64,000 nucleotides of DNA from Dictyostelium discoideum (Eukaryota). Both the position numbers and the translations under genes were made by a program. Shown piece after piece: positions 35,252 through 49,472 of this stretch (positions are counted from its first letter, which is position 1; each line of letters begins with the position of its first letter). The notes beneath the pieces are model-generated. The model saw only the letters and a program-made list of their open reading frames with translations. It had not been told where the DNA came from and ran no database searches. The DNA is taken from the NCBI GenBank assembly GCA_000004695.1, contig CM000155.2:3296001-3360000 (forward strand). The letters run 5' to 3'.

Positions 35252-35687
35252 TTTTTATTTTTTTTATTTTTTTTTAATTTTTTTTTTTTTATTTCTAAAA
35301 AAAATGGGCAAAGAAAAGAAATACAAAGAGTTAAAAAAATATATTGTATGTGAGTATTTGAAAAACTATTTGAAACGAAAAATAATTTTATTACTAAAAA
35401 ATAATAAAAAAATAAATTTGAGTGAAAAAATAAAAAAAAATAAAAATAAAATAATTAAATTAAAAATAAAAATAAAAACAATTGTGTGGTGATTCAGTCA
35501 ACAAATAAATCTAAAAAACACGCAAATATTTTTTTTTTTTTTTTTTTTTTTTTTCAATTTAGAAAATAATCCAAAGTATATTTATTAAATATAGTTTTTT
35601 AAAAATTACTATTATCTAATATGAAAAATTTAATAAGAAATAAACTGTGGGTGGGTTTTTTTTTATTTTTTTTTTTTTTACTAATAT

Positions 35688-35689
<2 letters not shown>

Positions 35690-35750
<61 letters not shown>

Positions 35751-35755
35751 TATAT
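35690..35755. repeat. (ATTT)16 tetranucleotide microsatellite
   Basis: A perfect tttatttattta... run. Confidence 0.9.
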
Positions 35756-36057
35756 TTATTTTTTTTTCTTATTATTTGTTGTTTTTTGATCATTTTTATA
35801 AATATGGATAAATTTTTTTTTTTTTTTTTTATCTTTTTTTTTTTTTATCTTTTTTTTTTATCTTTTTTTTTATTTATTAAATTTGTAAAAAAAGATTTTA
35901 TTTATTTTTTTTTTTTATTTTTTTATTTTTTTATTTTTTTTTTTTATTTTTTTATTTTTTTTTTTTGAAGGCGGATGAAAGTTTAAGAATGAGGTGTTGA
36001 TGGCAAAGAATGAGGTGGTAACCAACCAAAACTTGCTGATGTCAGGCAACCAATAGC

Positions 36058-36876
36058 TCACTGGTTAATAACTAAGAGAAAAAATTTAATTTTAATTAAA
36101 TTTGTTTTTAATTTCTCTAGTTGATCTCTTGAGGCTGCACTCGTTCCCGCATCCAATTTGTTTTTGCAAAATATCAATACACTTTGATACTCTCCGAAAT
36201 CCTTTTGATTTTGATTATTATTATCAAGGATTAAATTATTTAAGTTTTCCAAAAAAACTGTTTCTGTTTGAAATCCAATATTATTTATGAAAAAGTTATA
36301 TGATTTTTTTAACTCTTCATTAATATCATTCCATAGGAAGTACCAGGGATTGTCAATTCTGTTTTGGGTTGGTAATGGTACCGACATGCATGGTTGATCT
36401 GTTACACTTATTCTTATTACATTTGGTGTGGATGTTGACGTAGCTATGGAGAAGGTTGGTTTTTTTGTTGTAGATATAATTTGTTGTGGTATTTGTGGTG
36501 GGGCCGAATTCCAATAATCTCTAGCTTGACTGATCTCTTGTTCTTGATCGGTTGCTGTTGATGCTGATGTTGTTGTTGTTGTTGTTGCTATTGTTCTTTG
36601 AAGAGAAAGATTTGATCTCATCTCGTTAAGTAATTGCTGAGTTTCCTCTATAGGAATTCCCAAACCATCAAAATCAATAGGTTCTGGAGTTTGACTTATA
36701 TGTCTACCTGGAAGTTGTGTTTGATTATGACTATCGTGAGTTTGTGCTTGAGGACCAGATTGATGGTCATAATGTGGTCTGGTTATTGCTTGTGTTGGTA
36801 ATCTATCTGTTGTTTCTAATTGATTATTTTGAAAAAAAAAAATTAGTTTTAGTATCTTTAAGAGTTTTCTTTTCAT
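36058..36876 (-). CDS. hypothetical protein (parent of the truncated copy at 34884..35251); N-terminus uncertain
   Basis: ATG at 36876 (MKRKLLKIL...). The track ORF extends to 37086 through FFFF low complexity. No GT donor lies between the ATG and the intron-like tract ttttttttttcaaaataatcaattag at 36810, so the spliced versus unspliced start is unresolved. Confidence 0.5.
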   Translation of the reverse strand: MKRKLLKILKLIFFFQNNQLETTDRLPTQAITRPHYDHQSGPQAQTHDSHNQTQLPGRHISQTPEPIDFDGLGIPIEETQQLLNEMRSNLSLQRTIATTTTTTSASTATDQEQEISQARDYWNSAPPQIPQQIISTTKKPTFSIATSTSTPNVIRISVTDQPCMSVPLPTQNRIDNPWYFLWNDINEELKKSYNFFINNIGFQTETVFLENLNNLILDNNNQNQKDFGEYQSVLIFCKNKLDAGTSAASRDQLEKLKTNLIKIKFFLLVINQ

Positions 36877-37522
36877 TTTTTTATTTTTTTTAAAGATTTG
36901 GTATTGAAAAGAATAAAAAATATGTATATGTATGTTGGAGAAAAATAAATAAATAAATAAAAATAAATAAAAAAAAAAAAAAATAAAAATAAAAAAATAA
37001 AAAAAAAAAAATAAAAAAACAAAAAATTGTGGTTGGTTGTGATATAATTGCTTTTCACCCCTTTTTTTATCTGTGGTTAACATCAAAAAAAAAAAAAAAA
37101 ACTATTAAAAGTTTCGTGTGGTAGAAATTAGAAATTTTTTTATTTTATATTTTTTTTTTTATTTTTTTTTTATTTTTTTATTTCTACTTTTACCCCTATA
37201 CTATAAATAGTTGATCATCCAAAATTTTTTTTTTTTTTTTATTTATTTATTTTTTTTTTTTTTTTATTTTATATTATTTTATTTTTTGTTTGTTTTTTGT
37301 TCATTTTTTAATAAATATAAAATAAATATGAATAATATATTTAAATCTTTTATTTTTTTCTTTTTTTTAAATCTAAAAATATAATTTTAGTTAGTTTTCT
37401 TTGACTGTAAATTTTCATTAAATTAAAAAATATTGTATGAGTGTGTGGGGGACCAAAAATAGGCTCAAATATTTTGTTATGTTTTCTATGAACAGCGATT
37501 TTTAAAAAATTATTATTATTAC

Positions 37523-37564
<42 letters not shown>

Positions 37565-37620
37565 AATAGAAATAAATAAAATACTAAAAAAATAAGAAAT
37601 AAACAGTTGATGGTGGGTCA

Positions 37621-37659
<39 letters not shown>

Positions 37660-38533
37660 ATTAAATTCCATATGTATAAAATCCACATACTCCTTTTAAT
37701 ATTACATGTATAATTAATTTGAATTTTTTTTTTAATTTTTTTTAATTTTTTTAAATTAAATTTCAAAATTTTGCCCGAAATTGATCAAATTATTATGCAA
37801 CTGGTTACAAAAATACATACATGATAAGTTTTAAACGAAATTAGGCTATAAATGAATAAAATAAATTAATAGAAAAAAAAAAAAAAAAAAAAAATTGAAT
37901 TTAGTTTTAAATTTTAAAAAAAAAAAAAAATTCAAATTTAGTTTTAATTTTAAAAAACTATATAGTTAATTTTAAAAAACATATAGTTTTTTAAAATTAA
38001 AACTAAATTTAAAAGTAATTACCTAAATTTTTTTTTATAAATTTATTTTTATTTATTTATTTTTTTTGTTTTTTTTTTTTTTTTGTTGTTTTTTGATCAT
38101 TTTTTTATAAATATAAAAAAAATCTTTTATTTTTTTTTTTTTAAATCTATATTTATCTTTTCTTGGTAATTTGACAGTTAAAAATTAATTTTCAAAAAAA
38201 AAAAAAAAATAAAAAAAATAATAAAAAAATAAAAAATAATTTTTTTTTTTTTTTTATTTTTTTTTTAAATTTGAATTTTGAAAATTTGAAAAAAAAATAA
38301 AAAAAAAATATTCGAATTTATGTTCATTGTTAAATAAAGCAACAATCTAACTTTATTTTTCTATTTTTTTTTTTTTATTTCCAATTTCTTTTTTTTTTTT
38401 TTTTTTCAAATTTAATTTTTAAAAAAAAAAAAAAAAAACTAATATATTATATACATATAAATAATAAATAAATAATAAACAATAAATAATAAATAATAAA
38501 TAAAAAAAAAAAAGAAAAAAAAGAAATTAAAAT

Positions 38534-40766
38534 ATGAGTAATAAAACTTTACCATATTGTTGTGAACATGGATTAAAAGATGAAGTTATAGCATTATTAG
38601 CCAAAGGTGAAGATGTAAATCAAAAGGATGGTTCAAATAGATATCCACTTCATTATGCAGCAATTGGTGGATATATAGAGATAGTTGCAATGTTATTAGA
38701 GAGAGGAGCATTAGTAAATTGTTCAACACCACGTGGAGCAACACCACTTCACTATGCAAGTAGAGGTGGTCGTATCGAATGTATTCAATTACTCATTGAC
38801 AATAAAGCAGATGTAAATTGCAGAGATGGTGCAGGTAGTACACCACTTCATACAGCTTTACAATGCAATGAAACTAAATGCGCCATTGCACTAATTGAAA
38901 CCTTTGGTGCAGATGTAAACTTAAAAACCGCTGAAGGTTCAACTGCACTCCATTTAGCTTCTGCTAGAGGTTTAGTACCTGTCATTGTTGCTCTCTTGGA
39001 AAATGGTGCTAGAGCTGATGTTAGAGATTCAAAAGAAAATTCACCATTTCAATCTTTACCAATTAATTTAACTGAAAATGGTAAGTTTTTTAATTTAAAA
39101 AAAAAAAAAAAAAGAAAAAAAAATATATATATATATATATATATTATTTTTAAATAATATTAATCTTGAATAATTTTTTATTTATTTTTTATTATTAGAA
39201 AAAAAAGAAAAAATTGAAAATTCAATTTCTCAAGATATTTCAAAATTATTTAATATTAATAAAAATAGAGAATTTAGTGGTGTAGGAAAAAAAGAAGATG
39301 ATGATAATAATATGAAGATAGATAAACAAGAATCAGAACAACAATCAACATCAGATAAACTTTATTCAGATATAACATTTTTAATTGAAAATCAAAAAGT
39401 TTATGCACATAAATGTATATTACAAGCTAGATGTCCAAATTTTATGTCATCAATTAATAATAAAATAGAACAGCAACAATCACAAAAACCAATAGAAATT
39501 AAAGATTATTCATTTAAATTATTTTTATCATTCATCGAGTGGATATATACAGGATCAATTGAAAAGTTTGAATCAACATCAAAATCAATTGATTTATCAT
39601 TTCAATTTTCAATATTATTAATGGGTGAAAAGTTTGATTGTAAAGGATTAGTATCCTATTGTAGAGAGTTTATTAAGGAGAGCATTGGTGATAGTAATGT
39701 TGGTTCCATTTGGTCAATCATTAAAAAGTTACCAACTTCAACTCGTTCAAATTTAGGTAACCTCGTTCGTGATTGTTTAATTACAATGGTAAGGAGTTGG
39801 AACATTTTCACAATGACTAAAACTTTCTCAACTGATATCAATAAATCCGATATCATTGAAATCATTAAATCACTTGCTCCTTTCATTACCGAAACTCCAA
39901 TCTCTGAAATTAAACAGACTCGTACTGCAAATGCAAATGCTTCAAATTCAAATCAATCTAAAACTCCTGCAAAACGTACTTCAACTACTAATACCAATAA
40001 TAATATACCACAACAAAATATTACATCTTCAAATAATACACCACAACAAAATACATCATCATCATCATCATCATCGACAACTTCATCAACACCTTCAAAA
40101 TCATCATCATCAACACCTTCAAAATCAACCTCAACTTCATCATCATCATCTTCATCTTCATCATCATCATCATCATCATCATCAAATTATTCAGATTCAA
40201 TGAATGAAAAGAATTTAACATTTTGTAAAGGTTTAATAAATGGAATGTTTAAAAAGAAAACATCACTTGCATTCCAAAGACCAGTTGACCCATTGGCAGA
40301 AGGTATTCCAGATTATTTCGATGTTATTAAACATCCAATGGATTTAGGTACTATCAAGGGTAAATTGGATAATAATGGATATTCAACTATTAAAGATTTT
40401 GCAGCAGATGTTAGATTAATGTTTGAAAATGCATTAACTTATAATGCAGATTCATCACCAGTTTGGAAACATGCTAAAACATTACTCAATGCTTTCGATC
40501 AAAAGTTTTTACAAAATTTCCCAAATGAAAAACCTCCAACCTATAAACCACCACCACCAACCCCAACTCCAATCCCAACACAACAACAACAACAACAATC
40601 AACTTCTTCAACATCAACACCAACCTCTGAAAAAAAGAGAAAACATGATGAACATGTTAAAGTAAAAGAAGATACAAATTCTGCCCAACCAACTTCTTCA
40701 TCTTCAAATCATACAAATGGTGAAAATGCTTCATCTTCATCTTCATCATCATCTTCAAAACAATCA

Positions 40767-40798
<32 letters not shown>

Positions 40799-41072
40799 TA
40801 GTAATTCAACAACAAATTCATCTTCATCATCATCATCAACTACTACAACACAAAAGAAATACTCTGATGAAGAAAGAAGGAGTTTAATGGAAAGAATTAA
40901 TGAATTAGCTCCTGATGATGTTCAAGAGGTTTTAAATATTATCGATCCAAATGCAATCAAACAAGCTGATGAAAGTCTTGAAATCGATATGTATCAAATT
41001 GATGATAAAAATTTATCACAAGTTGAATCATTTATTAATGAATGTTTTAAAAAACAAAAACAAGATGAATAA
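38534..41072 (+). CDS. ankyrin-repeat / BTB-POZ / bromodomain / ET-domain protein
   Basis: Model: join(38534..39080, 39199..41072). Donor GTAAGT at 39081 (phase 1) and acceptor tattattag| at 39198. Exon 1 has five ankyrin repeats (G.TPLH.A...G). Exon 2 has BTB (ITFLIENQKVYAHKCILQARCPNF...FIEWIYTG), a bromodomain (DYFDVIKHPMDLGTIKGKL...YNADSSPVWKHA) and a C-terminal NET/ET-like segment (EERRSLMERINELAPDDVQEVLNII). Confidence 0.8.
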
Positions 41073-42058
41073 AAAAAAAAAAAATAAAAAAAATTAGAAT
41101 AAAATTCATATATATACATATATAGAAAAAAAAAAACAAATAATAATAATTATTATTTATTTATTATTTATTTATTTTTAGTTTTATTTTATTTAAATAA
41201 TTTTATAAATTAAATAAAATAATATTATTAATGATGATATAATTATAATATTTTTATTTTTTTCATAAAAATTAATTTCATTTGTTATTGTTGTTATTGG
41301 ACATATTAATTCTTTATTATTTGAATAATAAATATTACATTTTTTATATTTATCAATATTTAATGAATTTAAAGAACATTCAATTTTATCAATTTTAATA
41401 ATTGAGTTCCTATTAATTTCAATATTTGATTCAAAACAACCAATTGGTGATTCTGTTACAAATTTAGTATTATTATTTATTGTAATTAATTTTGAATTAA
41501 TTGATATTAATGAATAGGATGAATTGATTTTCAATATTATCAAAATTTAAATAATTATAATAATAAATTCCTTCAAACATTAAAATAATTGTACCATTTT
41601 CTAAATTTCTAATTGTTGATTGTAAATTTCTACATGGGTATTTAATACTTGACCCACAATTTTCATTTATTGTACTATTGAATTTTCATTTACATAAATA
41701 ATTTCAAATGAAAATAATAATTTCAAATTAATAATAATAAATTTATTTTAATTTTTTTAATATTCATTTGAAATTATTTTTTAGTACATTCTATTTTTAA
41801 ATTTAATATAAGGTAATAAAAAAAAAAAAAAAAAGATATTAAGAACAATTAAAATTTTTTTTATAATTAATTAATTAAATTAATTTTTTTAATAAATGTA
41901 ATAAAAAAAGAGATTTATATTTTAAAAAAAAAAAAAAATTAAAAAAAAAAAAAAAAGATATTAATATTATATGATATAATTATTTTTATTTATTTATTTT
42001 AAGAAAAATTAAATATTGTTTATTTTTTAATTATTAGTTATTAATTATTAATTATTAT

Positions 42059-44190
42059 TTATTTTAATAATGATTTATTTGCAGGAGTTTCATCTTCATA
42101 TAAAACATCATGAAAACCATCATTTCTATCACCATTAGTAGTTTGATTATTATTATTATTGATACTAAATTCTTCAAGATCAGGTTCTTCACTTTCATGT
42201 GGAGCATAACCTCTATAAAGATTTTTATAAATTTTATTTGCTAATAAAACCACAGGAATTAAAGTGAGGAAAGTACAAGCAATGACAATGACAGCAATGA
42301 TGGCTTTTGTTAATCTAAAATCATATTTATAGGTATGATGAGATTCATTTGAACAGACTATATTTGGAGTTGATCTAGATGGTGGTTGAATATTTGGATC
42401 GAATTGAATGATTTCACAAGAGAATGAATTGATATCATTACCAGAGACAATATTTGCATAGGTACTATTATAAGCATCTCCATGAATATTATTACAAACA
42501 AACAAAGATGCATTTATACTTGAGGCATAATCAAATAAAATTAAGGAACTATCACATTTGAATGGTAATTGAGTAGTTGGTGATAATGTTATCTCTTGGA
42601 CTCGAACACTAGCATAATTTGAAACAATGTATGGGAATTCACTTGTTATTGATGGATTTGTACTAATCAATTTAGTTTTTCTAATTTCAACGGTTGAATG
42701 ATGAGCGATAATACTTGGACCATGATCATTGATTGGATTTGAATTAATTTCACCACCTTCAATCAACATTATTGAATTGTACACCCAAATGATACCGGAA
42801 TCCAATGATTTTGGTGTATTATTTTCAATAAAAGTACAATTTATAATTGAGGCTTTATTGGATTGATTTTGGACACTGATAATCTCTTGTTTTGGTGTTA
42901 CTCCATGATGATTGTTTTCAACTTCTTTACCCTCATTCTTTACGATAATGATTGAATCTCCTTTACCACCATTATTAGTAACCATATTATTTTGAAAGTA
43001 ACAATGGGTAATATTTAAATTGGTTATAATGGCAGAGTAATGAATGATTGAAGAGAAAGTACCGAAATTATTACTAAATTGAACATTGGTAATATTTACA
43101 TCAGAGTCAGCGGTATACAATAAACCTTCTCTAGTTAAATATTGACTAAAGAAGGAATCAGAGATATCAATCAAACAACCTTTAGCATTGATAAATGCTT
43201 CATTGGCTCTACCACTTTGGACGATTGTATGTTCTCTAATGTACAACTTTGTATTTCTAATATTGAATATATTTGAACCAGATGTAAAATCAAATTTACA
43301 ATAATCTTCAAATATTAATTCAAACCAACCAATTCTATTAACTTGTGTTGAAATTGAATCAACATCTTCACCAATCATATTTTTAATTGTAGTTTTTCTA
43401 AATATAATTTTAACAACACCACCACCACCACCATTACCAACATCACCACTACCATTAATATTTGAAATTGCATTATTAATTTCAGTTGAATTATTTGGAT
43501 CTAATGATGGGTCAATTAAAGAAACTTCAATGAATTTGTATTTTTCCCATTCTCTAAAGACAATGTTTTCATAGGTAAAAGTAACATTTTTAACACCTTC
43601 TTTAATGGCAACTTGAGCAGAGATATAGATAAATGAATCAACTATACCCGAACCAATGAATTCAACAGGTTGAAGTCCACTTAGACCAATGAATGAAACA
43701 TTGACATTCAATTCATAGAGATTTAATTTTGAACCCAACTCTTGGAAACTTTCAGTACCATATTGACCTGGCATAATTACAAATTCTAACAATCTAATTG
43801 GAATACCGGAATTGTTATTCTTAAAACGTCTAAACTTTTGAAATCCATCAATTATACCTTTACATGGTGTAATTTCATCACCACATTCGGGTGATGTGTA
43901 ATTTACAGTTGATTGAATATTAATTATAATTCTCATTTTACCATCTGCATATGGATTTGGTGGTGTAGTTGGTGTTGAAGTTGGTGTTGAAGTTGGTGTT
44001 GAAGTTGGTGTTGAAGTTGGTGTTGAAGTTGGTGTTGGTGTTGGTGTTTGAGATGGAGTTTCAGTTATGGTTCCATTTGGTGGTGTTGTGGTATTTTGAT
44101 TTGATGTTGATGGAGTTATCGTTGGTGCATCAAATATTGAATCTGATAAAGTACATGATAAAAAATATTGTAAAAAATAAATAAAATTAA
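42059..44190 (-). CDS. secreted/membrane glycoprotein with mucin-like (PTST)n N-terminal region, right-handed beta-helix-like middle and C-terminal TM anchor; start codon unresolved
   Basis: The track ORF is 42059..43936. The same frame stays open upstream through (CCAACTTCAACA)n encoding PTSTPTST... and a hydrophobic stretch LLILFIFYNIFLSCTLSDSIFDA, with no in-frame ATG. The only nearby ATG (44156) is in the -1 frame. A C-terminal TM AIIAVIVIACTFLTLIPVVLL is present. Many N-glycosylation sites. Confidence 0.55.
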
Positions 44191-44208
44191 TAATTTATTT
44201 ATTTTCAA

Positions 44209-44262
<54 letters not shown>

Positions 44263-45109
44263 TATTATTATTAATATATAAACAAATAAATTATTATTTT
44301 TTTTAATAATTAATAATATATAAACAAATAAATTATACGAATAAAAATTGACAATTATAATATATATATTTTTAATAGTGATTAAAACTTTTTATTATTA
44401 TTATTATTTTTTTAAAAAAAAAAAAAAATTGTTTTAAAAAAAAAATAAAAATAAAAATAAAAATAAATTATATTATATTATTATTTAAATAAATACAATT
44501 GTGATGTTGTGAGTGGTACCATTATTATTTTTACTTTTTTTATTTTTTTTGAATCATTGTGTGGTTATAATAAAAAAAAAAAAAAAAAAAAAAAAAATTA
44601 AATGTAATATTTAATAAACACACACAGTATTTCTATACCTATTTTTTTTTTCATTCACTCATGGTGGTAAACTTTTTATTATTATTATTATTTTTTTTAA
44701 AAAAAAAAATTGGTGTGGGTGAATGTTTTTTTTTTTTATTTTTTTTTTTTTTATAGATATAAAAAATGATAAAACAAACTGGCATTATTATTCACCCGTA
44801 CCTGTGGGTGTACAGGAGAGTGATATGAATAAAAAAGATGAATATATATTTTCACCTTCCATTTGAGTAAAATGGTATTTTGTAGTATTGGTATTTTATT
44901 TATTTTTTTTTATTATTTTTATTTATTTATTAATTTATTTATTTATTTTTAAAAAAGGGGTTTGAAATAGTTGATAGCTCAATAATAAAAAAAATAATAA
45001 TAAATTATTCCAACTAAGGTTGTAAAATAATAAATTATATGAATGATTTAAAAAAGGGTTTTTTTTTTTTTTTTTTAACCTATTTTTAGGTTTACTTAAA
45101 AGGATACCA

Positions 45110-45124
45110 TTTTTATTATTATTA

Positions 45125-45201
<77 letters not shown>

Positions 45202-45230
45202 TTATTATTATTAACTTGAAGTTTGGGTGT
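45110..45230. repeat. (ATT)n microsatellite, about 40 units
   Basis: An attattatt... run. Confidence 0.9.
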
Positions 45231-45292
45231 TGATAACAAATCAAAAAAAAAAAAAAAAGTATTATATAGACATAATATTAATAGTTTCATAT

Positions 45293-45393
45293 TTAAAAAT
45301 TTCCTCCAGTTTTAAAGAAAGAGTCAATTTCATTATCTCTTTCATTATTTTTGAATGGACTTTTTATTGGTCCAAAAAGTGGTGAAGGATTTG

Positions 45394-45480
<87 letters not shown>

Positions 45481-46055
45481 TATTATTACTATTATTATTA
45501 CTATTATTATTATTGTTATTTGAAGTATTATTAGTTTGTGAATTCATCATTTTATAAGTTGGAGATGAGAATGGTGAAATTTCATCGCCACTACTAGTTT
45601 TATTGTGAATATTACTATTTTTATTATTATTGTTGTTGTTGTTATTATTATTATCTGATAAACTAATTGGGGTGAGAGTTCTTGGTTCAAAAGGAGGAGA
45701 AAGTTCAGGTGTTGTTAGGAAAGTTCTTCTTGCTATTGGTTTGGTTACACTAAAAAGGTTTTCTGGTTGTTGTTGGTGTTGTTGTTGTTGGTTGTGATGA
45801 TATTGTGGTGATGTTGCTATAATGGGTATTTGAATCCATTTTTGTTGTTGTTGTTGCTGTTGCTGTTGCTGTTGCTGTTGTTGTTGTTGTTGTTGTTGTT
45901 GATTGTACTGATTTTGTATATATTGGTCTTGGTGTGATTGTTGATGGTTATTATAATGTTGATTTCTGTGTTGATTTTGTTGAGATTGTTGTTGTTGAGG
46001 TTGTTTAAATGTCATAGTTTCTTGTTTTGGTTGTTGTTGTTGTTTTTGTTGTTGC

Positions 46056-46130
<75 letters not shown>

Positions 46131-46700
46131 ATTTTAGAGATACTAAAATAATTTTCTTTTTCAACCTCTAGTAGCATAGTTTTAATTAAATTGTTTCTAT
46201 CATTATATTCTTGTATTAAATCTATTGTTGGTTTTGAAATTTCAAAATTACTAATACTTAAACTATTTTCTTTTATTTCTACATTGTTTCTATTATTATT
46301 AATTTTTGTTAGGAAATAGTGATCATATATATATTTATATTTAATTTTATACATACAATTTTGGGAATATACCATGAATATGTAGTACTGATCCATTGTT
46401 ATTATTACTATTATTATTATTACCACCATTGGGTGAATCATTACCATGATCTATTGTAATTTCAGTAATTGTTGAATCATCTCTTAATGATATTATATTT
46501 TCAATATCACCATTTTTATTTAAATAAATCTCTAATGGGGCAATACAAACTCTATTATTATTATTCTTTGATGATTCACTATTGATTGGTTCAGATTCTA
46601 CATATAAACTATCTGGTATTTCTTCACCTTCATATACATAATGTATAAATGGTATATATGATTTTGATGTACTTATATCATGTAAAACTACTGTTGACAT
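45293..46700 (-). CDS. poly-Q/poly-N protein, two exons
   Basis: Model: join(46373..46700, 45293..46278). Donor GTATAT at 46372 (phase 1). Acceptor caatgtag| at 46280/46279, or an alternative 9 nt downstream. The two track ORFs 46347..46700 and 45293..46447 are the two exons in different frames. Confidence 0.55.
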
Positions 46701-46917
46701 TATTTTTATTAAATTAAATATAAAAAAAAAAAAAAAAAAAATAATTTTAAAAAAAAAAAAAAATTAAAAAAATAATTAAAAAATAAAATAAATTAAAAAT
46801 TATTTCTTCAAAAATAAAAAAAAAAAGGTGTCGTACAACTTTAACATTGGAAAAATTTTTATTATTTGTTAATTTGTAAGATTTTTAAATAAATAAAAAA
46901 TAAATAAAAATAAATAA

Positions 46918-46952
<35 letters not shown>

Positions 46953-47108
46953 AAAAAGGAAGAACTATAATTAGAAATCTTTTTTTATTTTTTTTTTTTT
47001 ATTTTTTTTTTTTTTTTGGATCTTCAATTAATTTTTTTTTTTATTAATTTTTAAATTTTTTTTTTATTTTTTTAATTTATATTAATTAACAAACAAATAA
47101 AAAACAAA

Positions 47109-47984
47109 ATGGAGTATAAACCATTATTTTATAGTATAAGTCCAATAAAATTAATTATTGAAGAAAGGGAACAATTTAATGCATTATCAGAATTAGAAAA
47201 ATATTCAAATATTGCAGTCCCAGAAATATATTTAGGTATTTATTATTTTAATTTTAATTTTAATTTTATTTTATTTTTTTTTTTCACTTTATTTAAAAAA
47301 GTTTTTTTTTTTTTTTAATATTATTATTATTAATTCTTTTTTATTTTTTTAAAAAAATAAAAAAAAAAAGGTAATTCACCCGGAGCATTAAATGAAACAT
47401 TAAAAATATTTTTAAAAAATAATAAAAATTATAATGGACCATTAGTTATTGCAGTCAATGGACATAGTATTGAAAGTGGTAATGTTTATAGTGGTAAATT
47501 TATTGACCATGAATTTAAAGAACAATTTATATTTGATCCAGTAAAACTATGGTCAGGTTATTTATATTTAGATGGTTTAGAGAAATTACTTAAAGAATAT
47601 TGGAATGGTAAAAAAGTTTACATTGTTTTCGTTCATTGTACAGGTGATAGTATTTTATTTTTAGAGAATTTAAATAAACAATTTCAAAAGGAATGTCCAA
47701 CTCAACCAATTCCATCCAATGTTTCATTTGTTGCATTAAATGGTTCAATTGAGAATGATTTATCAAGACAAGTTCAATTATGTAAATGGTTAAATTTAAA
47801 ATTTAAAAATTCTCAAAAATCAATCATTGAACCAATTCAAAGTCCAACAATTGCGACAAAATTACAAATTTCAAATAATCCACAATATTCATCACTCTTT
47901 AAAAATGAAATTGATTATCAAAATAATATAATCCATTCATGTTCTGAATTAACAAATAATCAAATTAATTCATATAATTTTTAA
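47109..47984 (+). CDS. hypothetical protein, two exons
   Basis: Model: join(47109..47235, 47371..47984). Donor ag|GTATTT (phase 1) and acceptor (a)n-ag| at 47370. Exon 2 (205 aa, no Met, so absent from the track) is a clean open frame ending TAA at 47982-47984. Confidence 0.5.
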
Positions 47985-47991
47985 ATGAAAA

Positions 47992-48030
<39 letters not shown>

Positions 48031-48067
48031 GTTATAAATTCAAAAAAAAAAAGTTTATTATTTATAT

Positions 48068-48635
48068 TTAATTTTCACAAAATGGAATATTAATAAAGTG
48101 TATATTTAATTTATAATTATCATTGTTATTTATATTATTATTATTATTAATATTATTATTGTTGTTGTTGTTGTTACTATTTTCATTAATACTAGTATTA
48201 TTATTTTCCTGAAATGATTTCTTATTATAATTGTTTATTGAAATGATTGATTCTGAATATGGTGATTGTTTTTCTTTTTCTTTTTCTTTTTCTTTTTCTT
48301 TTTCTTTTTCTTTTTCATGTGATTGCTGTGGTGGTGGAAATGGTGGTGGAAGTAATGGCGATGATTGATTTATATAATTTGGAAATAAGTTTGATAAAAT
48401 TGGAAAAGATCTTTCAGTATAATATTGAACCGATTTATTTTGATGAAAAAGGTATTGTTGTTGTAATGGTGGTGATGGTGATAATGGTGGAGAATATTGA
48501 GTTGGTGGAGATGGTTGGGGTAAAATTATATTATTCTTTTGGATTTGTAAATCATGGCTTTTAATAGTATTGTTATTTATTATGTTATTATTATTATTAA
48601 TATTATTATTAATTTGTTGTTGTTGTTGTTGTTGA

Positions 48636-48667
<32 letters not shown>

Positions 48668-49472
48668 TAATTTTTCTTGTTTTATTTTTTTGGCAGGTCT
48701 TTTCTTTTTTTTGGTTGGATAGTCATCATCATTTGAGAAAGTGAAATTAACATTATTTGGAATGTGTGGTATTTTTAAATCTACGAGATATGAGTTAATG
48801 CTATCAATGAATTGGTAATCCAAACAATCAAATTGAATTGATGGTTGTTTTAATAAATTTGATATATAATTATTTTGATTATTATTATTTTGATTATTTT
48901 GATTATTTTGATTATAAAATTTATTTAAAAAATTAATTAATAATGGTTTTGGTTTAATTGAGAGTTTAACAGATTCAGTTGTATATTTTTGATTCTTTGG
49001 TATTGAAAGGTCATCACGAAGGTAATGACGAATTACAACTTGATATATGTAACGATTCCAATTGACAAGTAATGAATATTCCCAGAGTTTAATTGCTGTA
49101 TCATCTTGATAAGTTAATGTTCTCTTTGATGAACTAAAACTTTTAGTCATTGATCCAATTGATATTATCACTTCAACACCATTTTGTTTCCAATTTCCAC
49201 TATTTGGTAATTTTCTTTTTTTAACTTTACTTTCAGTTAATACAAAATGAATAGTACCACCTAAATTAAATTAATTAATTAATAAATAAAAAATAAATTA
49301 TTTAATTAATAAATAATAAATTTATAGACTTACTTTCAATATTTCCTAATGATTGTATCTCTGATAATACTAAAAGTTTATTATCGTTCATATAAATATC
49401 AAAATATTGTCCAAGTTTATATTCTACATATAATAATATACAATAATATTGGTCTAATGTTCTATGATTCAT
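48068..49472 (-). CDS. hypothetical nuclear-type protein with poly-Q/N and basic KKKKRPAKK stretch, two exons
   Basis: Model: join(49334..49472, 48068..49260). Exon 1 is MNHRTLDQYYCILLYVEYKLGQYFDIYMNDNKLLVLSEIQSLGNIE. Donor GTAAGT at 49333..49328 (phase 1) and acceptor aatttag| at 49262/49261. The track ORF 48068..49171 starts at GTG. Confidence 0.6.

Noticed and set aside
41193-41543. 116-aa minus-strand ORF with a hydrophobic C-terminus
   Set aside because: The track start is TTG and there is no ATG anywhere in the frame. It is AT-rich. It resembles the Cys-spaced tail plus TM of the adjacent 42059 gene only weakly. It may be a decayed paralog fragment but is not supportable as a gene.
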